Below are positions 53,948 to 64,000 of a stretch of 64,000 bases of DNA, piece after piece. The first letter of the stretch is position 1. Every line of letters starts with the position of its first letter. The stretch is from Octopus vulgaris (Eukaryota). Where the stretch lies: positions 157,170,001 through 157,234,000 of the forward strand of contig OX597816.1 of assembly GCA_951406725.2 (NCBI GenBank). The letters are read 5' to 3'. Made by a program: the position numbers and the translations under genes. The notes beneath the pieces were generated by a model. It was not told the DNA's origin and did no database searches. It worked only from the letters and a program-made list of their open reading frames with translations.

Positions 53948-56900
53948 GTATATTTAGAGAAAGAGAGAGATCTTCTCCCTATGATTTGTTATTTTAGAAT
54001 ATACTTTATCTCTGCTCTGTTGGGAATTGCTCCACGAGAATAATAAGGCACCCCCAGATCCTCTCTACCCATGCCGGCTTCTGCTTCGACTTGAAACCAT
54101 TATTGAAATATTGGTCCATTTATCCACATAAAAATTCGTTACCTTTCATTTAGAAATACTGAAGGGCAAATATAATAGTTATGTCTTGATACTTCGCTTC
54201 ATTCTGAAAATATAATGCTTACTCATATCTTGTTCTCTTACAGATTTCATAGTCTTCCATAAATAGCAATTTTTTTTCTTTTTTAACTTAGAAAAATGTT
54301 CATCAATATCCACAAGAAAATTACTATTAATTTTCGCATTCTTTTTTCAAATACCCTATTGACTCAATACAAACAGCGATCGAATACATTAACAAGAAAC
54401 AGAGTGAATCCACAAATCACAAGGGAGCCTTCAAACTCAACAACGAGCAACGTTTAATAAAAACTTTGGAGCGAAACATAGATGAACATGGCAAAACAGA
54501 TCAATACACGTATTTCAATAAATAAAAGACGTGTTGGGAATAATTGCAAAGTATCTGAAAGTTGTGAAGCATTTTCTAGAGAAGTAAACGTTGTTGTGTT
54601 TTTTAACATAATTTATTCCGTAAACAAAACGGCATCGATGGAAAATACGTTCGAATGTGTTAAGTAAGCCACCCTTATCCAAATCATCTAAAATTTGAGT
54701 CAATGAATAATATTTTTTAAAAAGCGAAAAATCCAAGTCAGAATGCATTTCCTTTGTCGGTTGGTCAGAAGACAGAAAATCCATTAAAAAAAGTAATTTT
54801 CGCAGACATTGGCAAAAATACTTCTTGAGAAAGCTCCAGTTCTTTTCAATGAAAATAATATATTTGAGACAAATGATAAATTTTCGGTCAATAGAAATAA
54901 TAACAAATAGCACTGGAATGAACCCCGTCATACTGGGATACTATATACAAAGGAAATGAATGGGAGAATAAATAAAACAATACTATTAGTATGGACCAGA
55001 ATAACTACGAAGTGATGAAGTTTCTATAAAGCGAACAATACCATCAATTTGTAAGCTCCTGATGCATATGAAATCGTTATTGGATATATACATGGAATTT
55101 AGCAGCAACCTACAATGAATTATCACATAGATTAATTATCTCAGTTAATGGCTTACTATCAGAAAAATAGACTTTTTGAAACCAAATCTCTCAGGAAGCC
55201 AAAAGAAATAAAATAACTTGTTTAGGAGTATAATATGTATTTAATGCCTTCCTAATAGACAGGCCTCTCGTCTGGAAGATATCTTATCAGAGAAGTAAAA
55301 ACGCGTTTGAAAACGGATATATGGCAACAATTAGCAATTAACATATAACGTAGCAGTTATTAAAAACAAAAACTGAAAAGAGATGAAATGTAATCTTTGT
55401 ATGGGTAACTTCAATAAATGGCTTAACAGCTATCTCAATTACGTATGTTCCAATCACTCAATGAATAGGCTCTCCGTAGTAAGATGAAAGGCTAATATGA
55501 CTGTAATACTTGGAGAGCATAATATGTGCAAATCTACAATCGTATCTGTTACTGTTATACTGTGGATCATAGTTTACAATACTTCACGCAAGTCTAAAAT
55601 CTCTTTCTCTTCTAACTTCGAATGAAATTAAATAGATATCAAAAGCATCAAAAGTAATCTTACCTTTAAAATAGGTAAGATTACTTCAATAACCCTTCAA
55701 AATAGTTGTATATTTTGTGTCTGTATCAAGTTTAGAGAGATTAGTAAGCCGACAATATCGATATTAATCGATTAATCGACATTATCATCTATGTTGTTTC
55801 CACAATTTAACAATTTTTTGAATAACTGGTGGTAATTCTTCCCACGTGGTAAGTTTTTCTACAAGCCTCTCGAAAATAATTCTAAGTATGTTAGCTTTAT
55901 CATGATGTAGATATAGTGGTTTACAAAATGGAGTACTTTGCCTTTTTTTCTCTCTTTTAACTTCACAATTACGGATGTTATTTGTATGTGTGCAAACATA
56001 CATAGATACATATATACATACATATATAACACAAAGTCAATCACGTTTTTCTTTAGATGGATCACATCTTGTTGTCATGCTGAAAGGAGAAAGCAGTGGC
56101 TATGTTGAAAATGTGAAACGATATAAGAAATTATAAAGACAGCTACAGCACATAGATAAACAACCGGTGGGTGACTGACATAGTGAGATAGAAAGAAGCA
56201 CATATTCAACAAAAGCTAGCTTGTGGGGTAATTATGCGAGCAGATAGTGAAATATAGGGGTGTGTAAAAAAGACGTGGAAGAGATCGAGCGAGTGTGATT
56301 AAAATAGTGGAATGAAGAAACAGAGAACTCTAAAATAGCGAGGTGGGTGATTTACAGTGGTAAAGTAATGTAATAAAACACCTGAGGTGTAGAGAGTTAC
56401 AATAATAGAATGTGTGATAGAAGTGTGAATTGGAAAGAGAGAGAGAGAGAGAGATTCGTATATAATATGGAAATGAATGACCTGAATTTGAGAACTAATG
56501 AGAAGAGATGGATATAGATTTTGATTATAAGAAAAAAAATGAAAGAAATTACATGATGAGTGAAAGAGAAGGAAAATAATGTCAATCGGTGAGTATAGTG
56601 AAGAAGAAACATTTGGATAAGATGGATTGGCAATAACTGAAAGACAGAATACAATTCTAGCAGTAAATAGAGTATGACTCGAAGCAAAGTCAACTACTGT
56701 TAGAAAACAGTTAAATAACTCGATTATTTCGCTAGTATGACATATATGTTACGTGACAGTGTGCACGTATGTATATTTGTGCATCTAGAGGCTGGTATAT
56801 ACTTGTTTTTCAACAAAGAATACCAAAACCATAACAAGAACCCGGTACTTATATTGTTTATGTATCGGTTGCTCTTGTTCTGTTTTAAAGTACAATGTAT

Positions 56901-57744
56901 TCATATTCTATTTCTGCCATATATTTGTCTTTGTATAAGAAATCTCCAGACATTCTACAATGTACATTATCTAAGAAATAGTTTCTAAATCTTGTTTCTT
57001 CTTCAAATCTCTTACGTCTTTGCTGTAGGGCAAGTAATGCGTATCATATGGACGGGAAATATGCATACTCAAAAAAGAATGCGCAGCAGGTAATGTTGCA
57101 AAAATTCATAAGAGGTTAATAAAAGTATGAAAAATAAAGTGAAGACAGAACATCCACAGACAAGTTTCTTTGCTTTCAGCTGCACGAATCATCTGCAGTT
57201 TTTGAAAATCTTATTGCAAATGGTTACTCTAATCCACTGATTGTGGATGCCTGAAGCCTTGTTACATTCTCAAGCGAAGTTGTCATGTTAAACAAAAATA
57301 ATGATAAAAATTATTGAATCAGACAAGAGGACAGCAATTTTGAGGGACGGTACATTATTCTATTGACCTCAGAGGAATGATATTCAAAACTGACTGCGGT
57401 GAGATTTAAAACCGGATCTTAACGAGTTGGAAGAAATAATCTAACAATTCTGCCAGTTCACTACCTTATGGTTTCGAATTTAGACATATCCCAGCATTGT
57501 TATGGAAGGAGATCAATCTAATATCATCGACTTAGTACTGGAATGGTACATAATAATGTAGACCCAAACTTCTAGGAGTATAAAATGCGATCTGACTTCG
57601 GCAGAGTTTTACTTCAAATACAGAAGAAAAGCTAGGAATTATTATGAGACTGTAACGATTCTGCCGCTCTCGTAACATGGCGACAAAGAGGCACACATAT
57701 ATATTTATACATATATATGTATATATAATTGTGAGTATATGTAT

Positions 57745-57971
57745 TCTTTCTTTTATTCTTTGTTTCAGTCATTCGACTGCGGCCAACCTGGAGCACCGCC
57801 TTTAGCTGAACAAAACGACGACAGGACTTATTCTTTGTAAGCCTAGTACTTATTCTGTCGGTCCCTTTATGCCGAACTGCTAGATTACGGCAACGTAAAC
57901 ACACCAGCATCGTTTGTCAAGCGATGTTGTGGGGATATACACAGACATACAAGCATACACACACATATGTA

Positions 57972-58012
<41 letters not shown>

Positions 58013-58164
58013 GAAAGGCATCTTTTAGTTTGCGTCTACGAAATCCACTCACAAGGCTTTGGTCGGCCCGAGGCTATAGTAGAAAACACTTGCCCAATGT
58101 GCCACGCAGTGGGACTGAACCCGAAACCATGTGGTTGGTAAGCAAACTACTTCCCACAAACCCA

Positions 58165-58167
<3 letters not shown>
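57745..58167 (-). mobile_element. SINE family A, full length
   Basis: Same architecture as 21588-21979. Confidence 0.9.
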
Positions 58168-58213
<46 letters not shown>

Positions 58214-58295
58214 TATATATTATTTATTATTTAATTGAACGCGACGCATCCATTTCCAAGTAATATTATCACCTTTTTGATGTGACTCTCTATAC

Positions 58296-61237
58296 CATAG
58301 CTTCCCAAAGTGAGTGATGGACGAATTAGTAGAAAATGGTGGGCGATATGAGCATTTTGTGGGTGACAATGAATTTTTAGAAAGTAAGTCTACATTTACT
58401 GATATCTAGGCTTGCTCAGAATATGGATTCACGTTTATCAATTAGATTACTCGCTTGAGACGTCACTTTGTATTTAAAAACGGACTTGTTAATCAATCGA
58501 ATATTTTTGTAGCAGTCATGGCGATGGTTGTCATGTGTGCTAAAAATAGCAGCCAAATGGGCCTAAGCCTTAAATCACACTCCACCACAATTTCTTTTTT
58601 TTTTTTTTCATTTTTAGCATAGTCGTATGAATTCCAGCCTATAGAATTCAAATTTGCAAACATTTTCTGAAAACTTCAAAACATAAAAAGTTTTGAGGGG
58701 TTATGTGTCGTACGTAATTCTGTGGTTTCATACCAAACACAAATGCTATTTTCAGGGTGTTGACAAAATGTGCAGTCACGCACAAATTGACAGCTTTGAA
58801 ATCGTGTTTCTTGACTGGGTGAAACTTTAAACCTCTATAACTTCTTTAAAACATTTTTCTGGAAAAAGTCGAATAACTCTAGCAATTTAATATGGAAAGG
58901 TACATTAATGAGCCAAATGTTAAATTGTTGATAGGATTTAATTTTTTAAATGCTGGCAGCCAAACGAACTAGATCCGTATTTGCTCCAGTAAAGACTATC
59001 ATCTGACTGTGCTCTATTGACTTCTTCTCTTTGGGAGTAGCATACTGACTTTCTAATGCGGTCTGTAGGAATTCGTTTTCACATTTTCACTTTACTGATG
59101 CCTCCAGTCAAGAAGATTTGTCGACAGTACAGTAAGGATTATTTAACATTTGGATTTATTCCCTCTCCTCAGAACTGTCAGTTACCAATGTGCCTTCTTT
59201 GCCACCAATGAAGCAATGAAACCTTCATACTTGAAGTAACATTTTGATGCAAATAATTCTGACAAGAAGGACAAGCCGATATCATACATTTTGCAACTGA
59301 GCTTCTCTTTCGAAAAGCAAATACAAACATTCAACTCGCTACTCCAAGAAACTAGTAAACAGGATAATGACGGGTCGATTGCATCGTACAACATTGCATT
59401 GCTAGTTGCTAAGTTTGGGACGTTTCACACAATTGGAGAAACATTACTTCACCCAGTTATTGAAGAGGTTTTGTCAACCATTATGCTTGAAAAAACCGAT
59501 AACATTACGAAGAAGATACCACTTAGTAATAACACAATTTCTCGACGCATGGCCAACGATGTCAAACCTCAGCTCATTCATATTCTCCAGCTTTCTGAAT
59601 TTTCTATACAAGTGGATGAGTCAACTGTTGAAGACAGTCGATGTTTGATGATGGTATATGTGCAGTATTTCAGTGAAGACCTTCAACCTTGTGAGGAAAT
59701 GCTGTTCGCAGAGAAATTGCCGTTTGATTCAAAAGGTGCAACTATTTTTCTCACACTCAAGTCTTATCTTTTTGAACATGATATCCCACTCAATAATATT
59801 GCTGTGCGTCTGGTGGAGCCCCTTCGATAATAGAAAAACAGAGAGGGTTTTTTTATCTCTCCTAAAGCGTGATATTTCCCACCAGATATTAACAGTTCAT
59901 TACTTGGCACACTGACAAAAAATATGAACAGAATATTGAGTGATGCGCTACAAGTTAGTTATCAAGACTGCGAACAAATTGAAGTCCAGTCCCATGCCTA
60001 ATCAAATTTTCCGTCAAATATGTCTGAGAAATGATGAGGACCATGCAAAACTCTTATACCATACCAAAGTGTGGTGGCTGTCAAAAGGAAACTGTGTTTT
60101 ACGCTTTGTTGAACTGTTTCATATAATTATATCTTTCTTTGAAGATACTCCACTATCCGCTTTATTGATGGCTGCAAGATGCTATGTCTTTTTTCTTTGT
60201 GATATATTCACGAACTTAAATGATTTCAATAAGTTATTGCAAGGAAGCAGAAATCTCTCGTTCATTGTAAATCATTTATCACTACCTTCATTTCGAAATT
60301 GGTGTTGTATAAGACTAACATCTCAAAACGTTAATTCCATCAATTTCCACAATTGAAAGATGAATTGCTTGATGAGGATTTTGCTACATATCGCAACTAT
60401 TTACAATCATTGCACGATAACATGGTGGAGCAATTTCAAGATGTTATTGCACTGAATATTCCAAATTGGTATAGCGATCCATTTAAGGTCGATGCAGTCG
60501 ACTGCAAGGACGACGTTCAGGAGGAATTGATAGAATTACAAAATGACAATGATGACACAATGTGATATCACCGTAATGGCAAAGAAAGTTTGTAGTACCA
60601 TCAGAGTATATTGAATTCCTACCCCAATCTGTGGAAACATCTGATATTACTTTTGCTTACCCTTCCTACCACATACTTAATTGAATCTGGTTTTACCCAT
60701 GTTGGAACTTTACTTTCCCAAAAAACAATTGGACTGGATGTGACAGAACGGGAAAACTTGCGGCTAAAGTTGACAAATTTGAAACCGAATGTATCTGCAC
60801 TAGTTGCATTGCACCAGACACATGGTTCTCATTAAAAACGTTTTATTCTTTTCCTTTATAATACAATCATTAACTATTTTCCATCGGTAGTTCTGATCAA
60901 TAGTTCATTTGGGGAAAATGAAAATTAGTGTAAAAAAAGCGCAAGCTTCCAGAAGTTAATCTGTCTGCATAATATAGAGTTAACGTTAGCATTTTATGCA
61001 CACTAATGGCAAAACTAAACCCATGATAAGAGATTTGTAAAGAACCGCATATTTAGTCCAAACGGCACTAACATGGAAACGAGTCTACGATATAGTGAGT
61101 GTGTGTCAAATGCTACGAGGGGGGAAAGCCCTGGAGGTTTAGTGTTGGGGTCTTTTTATACAAGTGGGCGATGGAGCATTTTTTGGCCGATAGGTGGGCG
61201 ATATTGCAATTTGGTGTGAAAAGTTTGGGAAACACTG
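58296..61237 (+). mobile_element. hAT Buster/Charlie-type DNA transposon, full length
   Basis: TIRs catagcttcccaaa / tttgggaaacactg; 8-bp TSD ctctatac (58288-58295) / ctctatat (61238-61245) with central TA. Confidence 0.9.
59098..60835 (+). pseudogene. Buster-type hAT transposase (ZBED5/SCAND3-like), disrupted
   Basis: RQYSKDYLTFGF, HTIGETL, IPLSNNTISRR, FSIQVDEST, LLYHTKVWWLSKG, PTTYLIESGF, LRLKLT; stops and frameshifts. Confidence 0.92.
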
Positions 61238-62189
61238 CTCTATATAGTTTTCTTGTTCCATCCTTCTAAAATGGTTATACTTAGGGCGTAGAACACTAAA
61301 ATGCTAAAATAGAGTCGACAATACGCTGAACGAAAATGATGTAGTTCGGCAGCAAATGTAATTTCTTTCTCTTCCAGTTAATTAAGGGAAGCAACTTCGG
61401 ACATGTTTCTCTTACGCTAGATTTTATCAGCGGGCAACAACTATGGATATGTTTTCCTTACATTAGACGTTTTCAGCGGAAGAAAGTAACCACACTTTAA
61501 GCTGATGGAATTCTAATGAATAAAGTACAAGATAATGTTTTGCTATGACCACGTTGCTGCAACGATGCTACACGACATGTATCTCCATACCTCTCAGGAA
61601 TTTTACATGTAAATTATCTTATCGGGAACTTCTACCTGGTCTCTTCACGGCATCAGTAGTAAAATGGTACATGGCGCAGTTTAGTTAACCATACATGACA
61701 CGATAGAATAATCATACTTAGAATTTTTACGACCATAAATTAACTCTGTCGGACTTGATCTAGGCTAAATACTAACAACAACAACACATCCAGTTCATCA
61801 CTAGATAATAATACATCCGTACAGGTGTACTAAAGGGCATTTATGATATATAATAAAAGTGCAATATTAGTATGCTTTATTTTGACCCTAACTTAGGATC
61901 ACTAAGCAACATAATACTTTTTACATTTCTATGTACGTTTTATATTTCTATATTTGTTCAAGTCTTTGCTTTTAATATCGTTTTGTATGTTTTCACCTTC
62001 ATAATTATTTACTTGCACGTTAATATATTTCTGTTGATCTGCTTAAAGGCAAACGAACCAAGTAAGTTTATTAATTTTTTTTTATATTTTACTCGGTACA
62101 GAAAGGCCGAAAGGTCATAAAGCTCGAGTGGTCAACTGATATGTGTTTCTGCGCATATTTCAGCATACGTGTTCAAACATGCATTTAGA

Positions 62190-62315
62190 AATATGTGTGT
62201 GTGTGTGTGGATCTGTATATATATTTATATTTATATTCATACTTATATTTATATTTATATGCATGTCCTTACACACACCATGTTTGCACGTGTATATATG
62301 AATACATGCACCTCC

Positions 62316-62381
<66 letters not shown>

Positions 62382-62802
62382 TATGTATATATGTACGTGT
62401 ATGTGTGTATGTACCAATGTGTTTGACATTAGATCGCTGGACCAGAAAATATCTTACTAAATAATAAACAAAAATGATTGAAAAAATGCGAAGGAACGTT
62501 TTTAAATCTTCGAGAAATATTCTAACACAATGGCTTTTTCTTTCTCTGATCTCATCCAAAAATCAATGATGCAAAATTTGAAACTGTATACTTTGATGTC
62601 TTTAAGTAGAAGAAGCTGATGTCTAGATAATTTGAGGAGTCGATCAAATCGAATATCAAAAGCTAGACGGTAAGTTAAAGTAGAAACTGAGTTTATCATA
62701 GTTATTTACAACCATTGATTTATTGAAGATTTTGGCGTTTGATATTAATCTTCAACGACATACATATACACAGACACAGACACACACATACACACATACA
62801 TG

Positions 62803-62893
<91 letters not shown>

Positions 62894-62968
62894 ATACATA
62901 TGTTTCAAAGAAGATTCATATCAAAAGTGTCTCAATTATATGCGTGTGTATGCGTGTGTGTATATACA

Positions 62969-63051
<83 letters not shown>

Positions 63052-63163
63052 TACAAATAAACATATCGATAGATAGATAGATAGATGAACAGACAGACAT
63101 ATATATATATATATATATATATATGCATGTATATGTATATATATATATACACACATATAATTA

Positions 63164-63243
<80 letters not shown>

Positions 63244-63305
63244 TAATTATATGTGCATGTGTGTGTGTTAGTATCTGGTTGTGTATTTGTGAGCGTGTGT
63301 GTATT

Positions 63306-63362
<57 letters not shown>

Positions 63363-63368
63363 CTATAT
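62190..63368. repeat. Dense (TA)n/(CA)n microsatellite field
   Basis: Direct reading; source of the YIYI ORFs. Confidence 0.93.
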
Positions 63369-64000
63369 GAAAATAGTACCTAATCAACATTTAATACGCA
63401 CGTACATACACAAATATAATTGTTGCTTGGTTTCCTTTCGTTTTCTTGGTTTGTTAGTAATAAAATTCGCAGATAGGTATTATCTTTGTTACGTATTCAT
63501 ATACGCCTCTCAACCATTTTGCATTAGCTTTTCGTTAAGAATATTTCTATACAGGAACGTCCACATTCCTTGTTTCCTATATAGATTTCAAGGTATGTGA
63601 GTACGGAAGCGGATTATTGGAAACCGCTAGCAGAAGCTGTTGAATATGATGTTTATGTTGACGTATAATGTAATATATACGTATTTTTGTAGTATTTTAA
63701 CTATATACACATGAAAGTGATAACATCTATTTATATCCCTAATAAATAATTTATAAATAAATATTAATGATTAACTAATATATTTAATTTTCAATCTTCG
63801 AGTAAGAAGAATTGAAATATTTATCTTGATATTAAAAGTGTTATCTGACGGAATCTCCTTGGCAGCGAAAGTGAATTGCATCTATCGTAAGTATTTCAGA
63901 TTCTAACAAGTGTGGCGATCAGCTTAGCATCACAAGAAATGTGCAGGTGTACGAATTAATGCAGAGAAACTGAGAACCAATTAGGCACTGTGTCTTCGTA

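Noticed and set aside
54260-55500. Very decayed L1-type RT
   Set aside because: Only faint hints (QGS, ILGY); not supportable without a profile search
59098-60835. Domesticated ZBED5/SCAND3/FAM200 gene
   Set aside because: Multiple stops and frameshifts, and intact TIRs and TSD show it is a transposon fossil

Overview
AT-rich eukaryotic DNA, extremely rich in microsatellites and almost entirely repeat-derived. The SINE families and (TA)n/(GATA)n density suggest an Octopus genome (inferred from memory, not searched). I recognised no host protein-coding gene, and most ORFs in the track are microsatellite artefacts. The window holds three SINE families, mariner, hAT/Buster and MITE DNA transposons, CR1/L2, R4/Dong and Tx1 LINE fragments, and many Penelope-like (GIY-YIG) remnants. 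Main findings: (1) over a dozen type-I hammerhead-ribozyme motifs in short, usually palindromic, non-coding elements inserted in or next to (TA)n, one of them fused to a tRNA-derived head; (2) a 2.1-kb ORF1-only (gag zinc-knuckle, no RT) retroposon with a 15-bp TSD, nested inside a SINE that is itself inside a Penelope endonuclease; (3) a Tx1-like LINE inserted in (GATA)n whose 3' tail matches the tail of a SINE family in the same window. All coordinates and folds were read by eye and may be off by a few bases.
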